From: Octopus sinensis
Lineage: Eukaryota
Length of the DNA stretch: 64,000 nucleotides
Direction of reading: 5' to 3'
Assembly (NCBI RefSeq): GCF_006345805.1
Contig: NC_043008.1
Coordinates: 5,952,001-6,016,000, forward strand
In this document: positions 50,030 to 62,010 of the stretch, one piece after another
Position numbering within the stretch: the stretch's first letter is position 1
Layout: each line of letters opens with the position of its first letter
The notes under the pieces: generated by a model
Told to the model about the DNA's origin: nothing
Seen by the model: the letters and a program-made list of their open reading frames with translations, nothing else
Database searches by the model: none
Position numbers and translations under genes: made by a program

Positions 50030-50262
50030 CTCCACCAGATCATTCACATCTCACTGAATGTGAGTAGCCATAGGTGGCCCCTCTACAATAAGAAACTTGC
50101 TCTGACCCCCTCTTCTCATAATTTAACCCCTCATATCTCTTTGCAACTCTACCAGATCATTCACATCTTCTCCCTGAATGTGAGTAGCCACAAGTGGCCC
50201 CTCTACAACAAGAAACTTGCTCTGACCCCCTCTTCTCATAATTAACCCCTCATCTCCTACCT
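50030..50262. repeat. two-copy ~117-120-bp tandem duplication
   Basis: ctgaatgtgagtagcca...ctctgaccccctcttctcataat repeated at 120-bp offset. Confidence 0.9.
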
Positions 50263-50467
50263 TTAAGTCCACCCTGTCACCTCAGGGTACATACAATTGC
50301 TGCATGGTGACCTCACTAGTAGCGGTGATATAAAAAATGCATCCTGAACAGTGTAAAGTAGTTGTTCTGAAGTGCATCCTGCTGTAGAAGCCATGCCAAA
50401 GCTGCTATTAGAGCAAGAAGAAGTCCTGGGACTAAGATCAAGAAAATAGCATCATTTACTCTTTTCT

Positions 50468-51470
50468 AGTAATATTGCAAAAACCCCAAAGAAAACTAAC
50501 CCTCACACAAACTACAATATTAATAAGGAAGCAAAGCAATTAGCATTGATTATTAAATTAGATGACAAAATTGAAAGTTTAGCTTCAAGCAGCCATCACC
50601 ACCAAGATTAATTTAAAAGACCATAAATCAAATAAATGCAGACTTACCAGTCTAAAAATGGATTAGGTAAAGTTAATAGAGTCATTTGTGGCAATCAATG
50701 ATAAAATTATTTTTTCAGAGAGAAGCAAAATGTCTATCAATTTGGCAAGATTTAATATTTTTTGAAGTCTTGACCTAAGAATTATTGTAAGAACCAAAAC
50801 TAGTATTGTCAGCTTTTTAGATGTTATTCTAAAGCTAGCATTTAACATTTACAGTCCTAGAAAACAATGAGATATAATGATACATTCACCTAATATTCTG
50901 AAAAACTTACCCAGAAGCATAAAAGGATTTCTAAAATATCATGTAATGAAAAGATTTTAAACCACGCTACTATATTTTACAATGAGGCTCTGAGCAGAAG
51001 TGGCTTCAATGATAGAATACAGTATATTTCTTCACAAGGATCTCCTAATACTAGAAATACCAGGAAAAGTGATATATATTCCCACTTTCAGTTTGAACAT
51101 CAGATTTAATCTGGCCTGATCCTTTTGGAACTGAGTTAATCAACACTTCCCTTGTAGTCTTAAGTAACGCAAAATTTTTAACAGATATAACATCAAAGTA
51201 AGTTACAGTAGTATGGATATTTTCCCCTCTTCTTTAAAAGAAATTACTCTTCTTCCTACAAATGATTCCTCATTTCAGTGTAACTGTCTTAACACGAGGA
51301 CATGCCTTGTATACAATAAAGGCCTACAGAAAAGTGTTGCTTTCACCAATAATGACAATGACACAGAATGCTATACAAGCCTTACTAAAAACTCATTCAA
51401 ATCCAGATATAATCAACTTATGCACATGCTTAGACATGAAAATCATGCAGGTATAAGCTAGAGGTGTTTA
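50468..51470 (+). pseudogene. degenerate, internally deleted Penelope-like element ORF (RT + GIY-YIG endonuclease)
   Basis: INKEAKQLA..KLDDKIESLA; LKDHKSNKCRL; IVSFLDVILKL; ILKNLP; FYNEALSRSGFNDRIQY; KIFNRYNIKVSYSSM; CNCLNTRTC...LQKSV...CYTSLTKNSFKSRYNQ. These are recognised Penelope motifs, with stops and frameshifts. Confidence 0.8.
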
Positions 51471-52077
51471 AAGCCTCTAACAGATAGATATATCCAAAGA
51501 CACTCCTGGTAATTACCTCAGTAGGTATAGTCCTTAGTAAAAGGTATACAGCAGCAGGTAATTTAGCAGATAAACCGTAGTTTAATTGATATAACTGTAG
51601 TTAATTTATATATCGTCTACATATATATATATATATGTGTGTGTAAGTGTGTAGGTATGCATATTTGTGTGTGTGCATGTGTTGACAAAGAAATAGGGGA
51701 AAGAGAGGGAAAAAGAGAGAGCGAGAGAGAAATATGTGTGCATGTGCATGCGTTTTTTTAAACTGCATTTTACCTTCTCGCAAAAACTAGTCTATCATTG
51801 GCCTTTGAAATAGATGCATGCTCCATGTGACCTGCTCAAACACTGATTTCTAACTGACCATTCTAGAAAGAAATTATAATTTGTTGTATATAGGAAACAA
51901 GATCCCAGACTTGGAATCAGTTTGATAAGTGCCCTGGAGTCACTTTTGTAATTTTCCATTGATTGAAGATTATAAAAATGTATATATATATACTCATGTA
52001 TTATTAAGTTCTATTTTGCTTGTTTCTTCTACTAAATATATATATTCACCTCTGTCTGTTTGTCTGCATGTATATAA

Positions 52078-52230
52078 TCGTCATCATCATCATTTAACAT
52101 CCGCTTTTCATGCTGGCATGGGTTGAACAGTTTGACAGGAGCTGGCTAGGCAGAAGACTGCACCAGGCTTCACTGTCTGTTTTGGCATAGTTTTTTATGG
52201 CTAGATGCCCTTCCTAACACCAACCACCCC
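52078..52230 (-). mobile_element. RTE 3' end fragment
   Basis: (CAT)n-ttaacatccgcttttcatgctggcatggg...gatgcccttcctaacaccaaccac. Confidence 0.8.
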
Positions 52231-52232
52231 AG

Positions 52233-52318
52233 AGAGTATATATATATACTAATACAATTGTTCGTTTGTTTTCCACCTGCCTTCGTCTTTTGTTTATTTT
52301 CATAAAGCTTCCCGTTAT
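52233..52318 (+). mobile_element. family B distal fragment
   Basis: tactaataca...ccacctgccttcgtcttttgttt matches the reverse of 10590-10660. Confidence 0.55.
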
Positions 52319-52334
52319 ATATATATATATATTA

Positions 52335-53105
52335 TATATATATATAAAGAGAGAGAGAACAAAGTGTATGTAAGCCGCTATATATATATATAAAATGAAA
52401 TACAAAATGGGACAAGAACGCAAAACATCTGGACACATAGGTGATAGAAAAAGGGACAACAAAACATCCAGATAGATGAGGCAAAAAAACAAGGATGGGT
52501 CATTCAAAGCCTTTTTATCTTCAGTCAAGAACCAGCCGAAATTGAGAGGATGATCCAGTTCTTGACTGAAGATAAAAAGCTTCGAATGACCCGTCCTTGT
52601 TTTTTTTGTATCGTCTGTCTGGATGTTTTGTTGTCCCCTTTTGTATCACCTAGTTGTCCAGATGTTTTGCATTCTTGTCCCATTTTGTATTTTATATATA
52701 TATATATATATTATATATAGATATATAGATATATATTATATATATATATAAAGAGAGAGAGAACAAAGTGTATGTAAGCCGCTATATATATATATAAAAT
52801 GAAATACAAAATGGGACAAGAACGCAAAACATCTGGACACATAGGTGATAGAAAAAGGGACAACAAAACATCCAGATAGATGAGGCAAAAAAACAAGGAT
52901 GGGTCATTCAAAGCCTTTTTATCTTCAGTCAAGAACCAGCCGAAATTGAGAGGATGATCCAGTTCTTGACTGAAGATAAAAAGCTTCGAATGACCCGTCC
53001 TTGTTTTTTTTGTATCGTCTGTCTGGATGTTTTGTTGTCCCCTTTTGTATCACCTAGTTGTCCAGATGTTTTGCATTCTTGTCCCATTTTGTATTTTATA
53101 TATAT
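52335..53105. repeat. tandemly duplicated inverted repeat (A' A A' A; period ~404 bp)
   Basis: gggtcattcaaagcctttttatcttcagtcaagaac / gttcttgactgaagataaaaagcttcgaatgacccg arms around a ~25-bp spacer at ~52535-52558. Whole unit repeated at +404. Confidence 0.9.
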
Positions 53106-53400
53106 ATATATATATATTATATATAGATATATAGATATATATATATATATATATATCCATCTTTCTACCTTTCAGTTTACACATATATATCTATTGATAG
53201 GTCTTTTCATCTGTTTCTCTACTCTGATAATACTGTGAAACATTATTAAAACCTCTAATAACGAAGTCTTGTTATTTATTATCTGCCACTCTATTCCCTT
53301 CCATTTGGCTGTACAGACGTTTTATTCATACATAAACACAAATGAAGAAACTTCCTGTTGTGAATGATGAAAAGTGGAATGGTTATTGGGGGGGGGGGGC

Positions 53401-53671
53401 TTCAGATTTACCAGAGTGCTAAGGATTCTTCCCCATTCCAGTAAGAAAGAAACTAGATATCATAGGGTGTGAAAGGAAGAAAGTAGTAAATCTAATTGAG
53501 TCAATGGTTCCTCAATGAGATAACATGGATGCTGCTCAAGCTTGAAAGACTGACTATTATAAAAAACCTCCTCAAGGAATGTGAAGATGCAGAGAGGAAA
53601 GCAGAGCAGTTTCCAATCAGAGTAGGTCGTAGAGAATTCAGGTTTACCAGAGTGCCAAGGATTCTTCCCCA
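53401..53671 (+). pseudogene. restriction-like endonuclease (RLE) remnant of an R2-group non-LTR element, bounded by a 35-bp direct repeat
   Basis: KLDIIGCERKKVVNLIESMVPQ*DNMDAA...LLKECEDAERKAEQFPIRVGRREF fits the PDIV...LIEL.VP.E......K...Y..L..EC...G......P.EVG.RGF pattern. Confidence 0.55.
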
Positions 53672-54673
53672 GTGTAAGGTGATTGCTGTTGTTGCTTGGC
53701 CTAACTCATTGTAAAGCAAATACCACCATAAGTGATATCCAGACAACAGTGGAGAGGGCAAACCACTGGGTTTGATTAAAAAGAGACGATGAACAATAGC
53801 TAGAAGAATACAGAGTGAAACTTAGTAACAAGTTCATCTTGCAAGTGGGGCTTTGTTCCAGTGAGGGGCTGGCGGTGCGCAATGATGCCATCAAGAGGAA
53901 GGCACTGAAATAGAACACATCTCATAAGCTTGCTGGCATCCAGGATGCAGAACTTTCAGCTGGTGGCACTCACATCTGGAAGTTGTTTGCAAAAAATCAT
54001 TCAAGAAGTACGAGAAATAGAAATTCATTATTTTACACAAAATAACCTAATCAGAGAATTGAAACGTGTGAATTTTGATAAATGACAGCAGCATTAGTCA
54101 ATAAAAAAACATACCAGTCATATACAAGGGGTTATTGAGTTGACTCTACAGCAATAGTCTGTGGTTAGTAAAACAAACACAAACTGATATAAGAAATTTC
54201 AGAAAGATTACCATTGAAGGCAACAACATAGATTCCATCTGGCTTCTTTGATAGATAAATATTCTGATGCAGGAAGATAGAGTCAGGCAGTATCGGAACA
54301 ACCATTGTTTGTTCCTCATTTATAAACTTAGAATAAACTGTTTGATAGTGATGATTGCAATTTACTGGAAGTATTAATTGTTATGTTTACGAAGAATAAT
54401 TATTATATTTATCACTACTTAATAAGAACCAAATGAAAATTATTCATTAAAATTCGTATCAAATTAACATTAAATGGTATTTAATTTTCAGCTCACTGTG
54501 AGAAATGTTAATGATACTGCAATAATGTTTGACAAATGGTTTAATTTTGACATTATATTTATTTTATTTACTACAAACTAAAAAACAAAAGAAGAAAAGT
54601 TTTAAACTTAAACTGCTAACATGAAAATTCTTCAAAAACAATATTTAATTATTTCAGTAAGTTAACTATTTAA

Positions 54674-54883
54674 CCTTTTAGTGTTTAATCTGGGCTGAAT
54701 ATTCAACTTGTATTGTGTTAAAATTGACCCTTTCCAACCTCTCACACCTACTCTACAATGTCTTTCTAAAAATATGCAAATGCATCATTGAAATCTTGAT
54801 GCTACAAAATAATGTGTGATTAATTCAGAACAACGTAAATAAATAAGCAAAACATCTGACAAAGAAATCTGAATGCTAAAGGG
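54674..54883. mobile_element. second piggyBac-type MITE family (degenerate left TIR)
   Basis: TTAA-ccttttagtgttt ... tctgaatgctaaaggg-TTAA. Confidence 0.55.
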
Positions 54884-55042
54884 TTAAACAAAAGAAAATA
54901 AATAAAAAGACAAAACAAAACAATAATTTTGTCTAACCCATGAAAGCATGGAGAAAGGTAGACATTAAAACAATGACGAGGGTGATAATAATTTGCTAGA
55001 AAAACAAAACAAAACAAATAATAATAATGATAATAATAATAA

Positions 55043-55492
55043 TTCTTTCTAATAAAGGCAAAAGGCCTGAAATTTGTTGGGAGGGAACTAGTTGATTACA
55101 TCAACCCCAGTGTTTCACTGGTACTTAATTTATTGACACCCGAAAGGATGAATGGAAAAGTCAGCATCAGTGGAATTTGAACTCAGAACATAGACACGGA
55201 TGAAATGCCGCTAAGCATTTTGCCAAGCATGTTAATCATTCTGTCAGCTTGCCGCCTTAATAATAATAATAATAATAATGGTTTCAAATTTTTGCCACAA
55301 GGGCAGCTTGGGAGAGGGGATAAAGTCAATTACATCGATCCTAGTGCATAACTGGTACTTATTTAATTGACTCTGAAAGGATGAAAGGCAAAGTTGACCT
55401 TGGTGGAATTTGAACTTAGAACATAGCAACAGGCGAAATACCACTAAGCATTTCACCCAGCATGCTAACGATTCTGCCACCTCGCCACCTTA
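55043..55492 (-). mobile_element. two tandem SINE family D copies separated by (AAT)n
   Basis: 55043-55260 and 55277-55492. Confidence 0.8.
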
Positions 55493-55502
55493 ATGATAAT
55501 AA

Positions 55503-58372
55503 TCATCATCATCATCATCATCATTTAACGTCCGCTTTCCATGCTAGCATGGGTTGGACGGTTCAACTGGGGTCTGGGGAGCCCGAAAGCTGCACCAGTC
55601 CAGTCAGATCTGGCAGTGTTTCTACAGCTGGATGCCCTTCCTAACGCCAACCACTCCGAGAGTGTAGTGGGTGATTTTATGTGCCACCGACCCAGGTGCC
55701 AGACGAGGCTGGCAAACGGCCACGCTCGATGGTGTTTTTATGTGCCACCGACACAGGTGCCAGACGAGGCTGGCAGACGGCCACGCTCGGATGGTGTTTT
55801 TATGTGCCACCGACCAGGTGCCAGATGAGGCTGGCAACGGCCACGATCGGATGGTGCTTGTTACGTGCCCACAGCACGGAGGCCAGTCGATGCTGTACTG
55901 GCTACGGCCACGTTCGGATGGTTTTCTTGTGTGCCACGTGCCACCGGCACTGGTACCACAAGATACAAATTCCATTGATGTTCATCTATTTTGTCTATTT
56001 TGATTTGATTTGATTTGATTTTCACTTGCCACAACCGGTCTTCACAAGTGTCACAAGAAGGAAGGTATGCACAGGTGGACTGACTAGTCTTGCCGGGTCT
56101 TCAGAAGGTGTTTTTTATGTGCCACCGACACAGGTGCCAGATGAGGCTGGCGAACGGCCATGATCGGATGGTGTTTGTTACATACCCACAGCACGGAGGC
56201 CGGTCGATGCGGAACTGGCTACGGCCACGTTCGGATGGTTTCTCTTTGTGTGCCACCGCACTGGTACCACAAGATACAGATTCCATTGATGTTCATCTAT
56301 TTTGATTTGTTTTGATTTTGATTTTCACTTGCCTCAACAGGTCTTCATAAGTGTCACAAGAAGGAAGGAATGCACAGGTGGACTAACTACGTCCCAGGTA
56401 GGGGCCATGGGTTATGGCCTGACTAGTCTTGCCGGGTCTTCGGATGGTGTTTTTATGTGCCACCGACACAGGTGCTAGATGAGGCTGGCGAACGGCCACG
56501 ATCGGATGGTGTTTGTCATGTGCCCACAGCACGGAGGCCAGTCGATGCGGTACTGGCTACGGCCACTTTCGGATGGTTTTCTCTTGTGTGCCACCGGCAC
56601 TGGTACCACAAAGATACAAATTCCATTGATGTTCATCTATTTTGATTGTTTTGATTTGATTTTGATTTTGATTTTCACTTGCCTCAACAGGCCTTCACAA
56701 GTATCACAAGGAGGAAGGTATGCACAGGTGGACTGACTACGTCCCAGGTAGGGGCCATGTTTATGGCCTGACTAGTCTTGCCGGGTCTTCGGATGGGTTT
56801 TTTATGTGCCACCGACACAGGTGCTAGATGAGGCTGGCGAACGGCCACGACCGGATGGTGTTTGTATGTGCCCACAGCACGATGGCCAGTGATGCGGTAC
56901 TGACTACGGCCATGTTCGGATGGATTCTTGTGTGCCACCGGCACTGGTACCACAAGCGGTACTGACTACTTTTTATGTGCCACCGACACAGGTGCTAGAT
57001 GAGGCTGGCGAACGGCCACGACCGGATGGTGTTTGATATGTGCCCACAGCATGATGGCCAGTGATGCGGTACTGACTACGGCCACATTCGGATGGATTCT
57101 TGTGTGCCACCGGCACTGGTACCACAAGCAGTACTGACTACGGCCACGTTCGGATGGATTCTTGTGTGCCACCGGCACTTGTACCACAAAGATACAAATT
57201 CCATTGATGTTCATCTATTTTGATTTGTTTTGATTTTCACTTGCCTCAACAGGTCTTCACAAGTGTCACAAGAACGAAGGTATGTACAGGTGGACTGACT
57301 ACGTCCCAGGTAGGGCCCACGGGTTATGACCTGACTAGTCTTGCCGGGTCTTCGGATGGTGTTTTTATGTGCCACCATGTTCCCACAGCACGGAGGCGAG
57401 TCGATGCGGTACTGGCTACGGCCACGTTCGGATGGTTTTCTTGTGTGCCACGTGCCACCGGCACTGGTACCACAAAGATACAAATTCCATTGATGTTCAT
57501 CTATTTTGATTGATTTTCACTTGCCTCAGCAGGTCTTCACAAGTGTCACAAGAAGGAAGGTATGCACAGGTGGATCGACTACGTCCCAGGTAGGGGCCAC
57601 GGGATATGGCCTGACTAGTCCTGCCGGGTCCTCTCATGCACAGCACACTTCCATGGGACTCGGTCTTCAGTCATTTCCTTGGTGAGACCTAAAGTTCGAA
57701 GGTCGTGCTTCACCACCTCGTCCCAGGTTTTCCTGGGTCTACCTCTTCCACAGGTTCCCTCAACTGCTAGGGTGTAGCACTTTTGCACACAACTATCTTC
57801 AGCCATTCTCGTCACATGACCATACCAGCGCAGCCGTCTCTCTTGCACACCACAACTGACACTTCTTAGGTTCAACTTTTCTCTCAAAGTACTTACACTC
57901 TGACGATTATGAACACTGACATTACACATCCATCGGAGCATACTGGCTTCATTTCTTGCAAGCTTACGCATATCCTCAGCTGTCACGGCCCATGTTTCAC
58001 TACCATGTAGCATGGCTGTACGTACACACGCATCATATAGTCTGCCTTTTACTCTTAGCGAGAGGCCTTTTGTCACCAGCAGGGGTAAGAGCTCTCTAAT
58101 TAACTTGCCCAGGCTATTCTTACTCTAGCAGTTACACTTTCAGCACACCCACCCCCGCTACTGACTTGGTCTCCTAGGTAGCGGAAGCTATCAACTACTT
58201 CTAGTTTGTCTCCCTGGAACGTGGTAGAAGTTGGTCTCTGCACATTTCCAGTGTTTATTTCTCTTGAGCATCTGCCACAGACAAAAACTATTTTCTTAGT
58301 TAGCCTTCCTTTGACATTGCTGCACCTCTTATGTGTCCATAGCTTACACTTGGTGCACCTTATAGAGTTTCT
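55503..58372 (-). mobile_element. 5'-truncated RTE-clade LINE with tandemly amplified 3' end
   Basis: ORF part 58372-57615, rearranged ~290-340-bp units 57640-55930, ~62-bp subrepeats, (ATG)n tail at 55503-55524; (AAT)n at the 5' junction. Confidence 0.92.
57615..58372 (-). CDS. RTE ORF C-terminal part (one frameshift ~58100), including PHD-like Cys/His insert
   Basis: RNSIRCTKCKLWTHKRCSNVKGRLTKKIVFVCGRC...KLEVVDSFRYLGDQVSSGGGCAESVTARVRIAW / KGRLYDACVRTAMLHGSETW...RRLRWYGHVTRM...RGRPRKTW. Confidence 0.9.
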
Positions 58373-58398
58373 TAATAATAATAATAATAATAATAATG

Positions 58399-58429
<31 letters not shown>

Positions 58430-59049
58430 TAATAATAATAATAATGATAATAATAATAATAATCATTGGCACTATAAAAGATGAAAGCAAATCAATGTTT
58501 TGGATTATAAGTAGTCTGTTAAAGCTTTCATAGTTCCAGCTGAACAAATTCTCAGAGTTCTTGAATAAATGATGGACCTCATGATATTAAATGGAAAGAT
58601 CATACTTTAGAAATATCACTCGAAGAATCAGACATTTCTTGGAATATTTTCAAACAAAGTAGAAGTGATTTATTCCAGTTATCTCTGACGATCCAGGTAT
58701 TCCCTGGTGGGAAACATAAAAGACTGTCAAACCAATTATTTCAAATGGATTGTGGCTGGACATCATAGAATTTAACATCAAACACTGCCAACAAAAACCA
58801 CCACCTCACTCGTTGTGCTCATTAGAAGAAAAACAAAACAAAACAAAATAAAAATCAAAATAAATGAGACCATTAAAATAGGGAGAAGCAGAAGAAGGGG
58901 ACTGCTCTTTTGGATTGTTCCTGTTTTAATTCTAATGAAAAAACTTCCAGTATTTTCTGTTATGAAAAACTTGAAAAGGTACCTAATTTGGTAATTCATC
59001 AAAAATAAAGAATCTTCTTTTATAAAAAAAAAAGATTTCAGATTCTACT

Positions 59050-59084
59050 CTTAGTGATGATGATGATGATGATAATAAATAATG

Positions 59085-59142
<58 letters not shown>

Positions 59143-59194
59143 TAATAAATAATAATAATAATAATAACAATAATAATAATAATAATAATAAATG

Positions 59195-59236
<42 letters not shown>

Positions 59237-59312
59237 TGACAACGGCACTCTTAATTTTGACTTAATAATAATAATAATAATGATAATAATAATAGTAACA
59301 TAATTATAATAA
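59050..59312. repeat. long (AAT)n/(GAT)n trinucleotide microsatellite
   Basis: Directly visible; a similar tract lies at 58373-58465. Confidence 0.95.
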
Positions 59313-59504
59313 TGGAAAGAACACTTGTGGTAGTGCCACATAAAATGCATCCATGCTGCTACCATGTCTAAAGCACTGCTATTGTATCCAGCACACCCCA
59401 CAAAGTGGTCAGCTTTAGGGAGGGAACCCATGCCAAAACAAACAATTACAGCCTGGTTTTCCTGTCAAACTGTCCAACTCATGCCAGCATGTGACAGATT
59501 TTAA

Positions 59505-59996
59505 AATTGCTGACGTGGCCGATGACAGTACCACCTGATTGGCACTCGTGCCAGTGGAATGTTAAAGGCACATCTGAGTGTGATTGTTGCCAGGGCCATG
59601 GATTGGCTCCCATGCTAGTGGCATGTAAAAAGCACCGTTCGACTGTGATTGTTGCCAGTGTTGCCTTACTGGCACATGTGCTGGTGGCACGTGAAAAACA
59701 ACATGCGAGCATGGTCGTTGCCAGTGTCGCCAGACTGGCTCCTGTGCAGGTAGCACATAGAAAGACCTTTTGAGCATGGTCATTGCCAGAACCACCCTAC
59801 TGGCCCTTGTGCCAGTGACACGTAAAATCACCCACTACACCCTCGGAATGGTTGGCATTAGGAAGGGCATCCAGCTGTAGAAACTTTGCCAGATCAGACT
59901 GAGCCTGGTACAGCCTTCTGGCTCACCAGTCTTCGGTCAAACCGTCAAACCCATGCCAGCATGGAAAGCAGACATTAGATGATGATGATGATGATT
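59505..59996 (+). mobile_element. RTE 3' end fragment
   Basis: Aligns with 7491-7909; (GAT)n tail. Confidence 0.85.
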
Positions 59997-62010
59997 GACA
60001 ATCAAAAATTCATTTGAAACATTTCTTAATTTATTTTTTACAGGCATCAACGTGTAGGAAGAATACCATTAGATTCTAATGGAAGCAACTTCTAATAGAT
60101 ATAAATCAAACAAGTCTTAGGAAGAATTACAACTGTGATCTAATGGTGTTTCGTCATAAATAAAATTCTTTGTTTATAGCAGACAAGTTTTGTTTTTTTT
60201 TTGTTTTTTTTTTCTTTACACAAAATATTTGTTTTTATAGTGATTCACCTTGACACTGCTGCAGTTGCTACCTGAACAATGACGGTCACTGCTACCACCG
60301 TCATCAGCGCCATCACAAAACCCACTACCACTGCCACGACTGTGACCAACACTTCTACTGCTACTACTACTACTACTACTATGGTCAATACTGCCACTAC
60401 CACCATCACTACAACCACCTGTCTGAACCTTCGAAGGAGCTTCTACATGCCGGCTCAACCTGCTAGCAACAACATTAAAATATCTCCCCACCACCACCAT
60501 CACCTACTGACAGACTACATCACATATATGAGATGGCCATAGTTGGATTGCCTTTGCTCATAAATATGTCTGAACATATTTATGAGCAAACGTAAACAGT
60601 AACAACAATTTATATTTGATAAAAGATCTCCTTGATCAGGACTGACCAAGGGCTAAATAACAAAACTCGATCATTACCTGTTTATTAACAGGTGTGAAGC
60701 TCAAAAAGTTTGATGTGTCTACTTCATCTTAATTCATTCTTAGTTCACCAGAAGTGCAGCTTCTGTCTTCCAGTTTATCACAAATTTGGATTAAACACAC
60801 ATACTTTCATATTATATACTGTATTTTCCAGTATATAAGGCACACTTTTTTTCCTGAAACCCCCACCCTCCCCACCAAAAGTCTTTCTGTGCCTTATATG
60901 CTGAGGACCAAGATTTCGTTAGACACGGTTAGTGTTATTAACGATGGTGAAGGTCAGTGCTGAAATTTGTTAGTGTGAGAGTAAGTATTGTAACTCAGCC
61001 TACCACAATAGCTTAAGGGAGTCAGTCTAAGCTTTTATGGTTCCTATACATGAAAATGTGTGAGGTTTTTCAGCCTGAGGATCTGGCATTAGCTGCAGTT
61101 TCATTCTTGCAGATTAGGCCTGCTGAAATCAGAGTGTGTCTTATATGCTCAAAAACATGGCTTTTCTTAAGAGATGCTCACTCATGCAACGACATTTCAT
61201 TGACACAACTACTGCTACTACTACTACTGCTGCACCACCACCACTACTACTACTACGAGTGGTTACAACATTTAAATCTCTGAGTCCAACAGCCAGTGGT
61301 GTTATATAAACAGTACTAAATAATATGCAAAAAAACATTAGATCTAATGTTTTATTATGTGATATTTAAGGTTGATTTAAGGTTGGTTCAACAGTCAACT
61401 TAAGAAAAGTGGCGCCAATCACATAAAAAAAAGTAAATAAATCAAAGAGTCAAAAATACCGATGTGGATAAAAGTATTGGGAGGACAGAATGGTTTCAAA
61501 AGTGTTTTGGAAATATCTCAAAAGAGAGACAAGAACTATAAAAAAAGCAGAATTGGTAGCTTGTATAGATCTCAGTATAACAATTCTTATCATCTGAAGG
61601 ATCAGCAATGATTTGAGATTTGCAGGATGGTTATCAAGAATTCGTGTATGTAACATAAGTGTTTTTAGTTATTAAATCGTTAAATCTTACACATTGTTGA
61701 ATTTAGACTATATCCTTCATTTTATGGGCAGCATACAACAAGAACACATTTCTCAATAAACAGCAATGTGCTGAGTGAAATTTCTGAATTAGATAACGAG
61801 TCTGATTAGGAAATAGCTACAAAAAATATAAAGAAGTTGCTGGAATTGTTATGTGGTTCTTTAAAATGGAATGAATTTCCTAGGATTAAATCTTCACAAA
61901 AGTTTTAAAGAATATCTCTCCATGTGTTTAGTAGAAAAACAAATACATTAGCTTCTATTTTATTAAGAAGGTTGGTCATAACAAAGTTGGTCTACAGTAG
62001 CAAAAGTATT

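Noticed and set aside
52560-52600. CTGAAGA...CGAATGACCCGTC as a hammerhead
   Set aside because: Lacks A15.1 (GAAU), has no convincing stem II and no stem I partner.
58570-58698. Open stretch DGPHDIKWKDHTLEISLEE...LTIQ ending at CAG|GTATTC
   Set aside because: An in-frame stop lies immediately upstream and there is no good acceptor; no recognisable domain.
60270-60530. Thr-rich ORF as a mucin-like exon
   Set aside because: Degenerate (ACT/ACC)n trinucleotide tract without clear splice boundaries.
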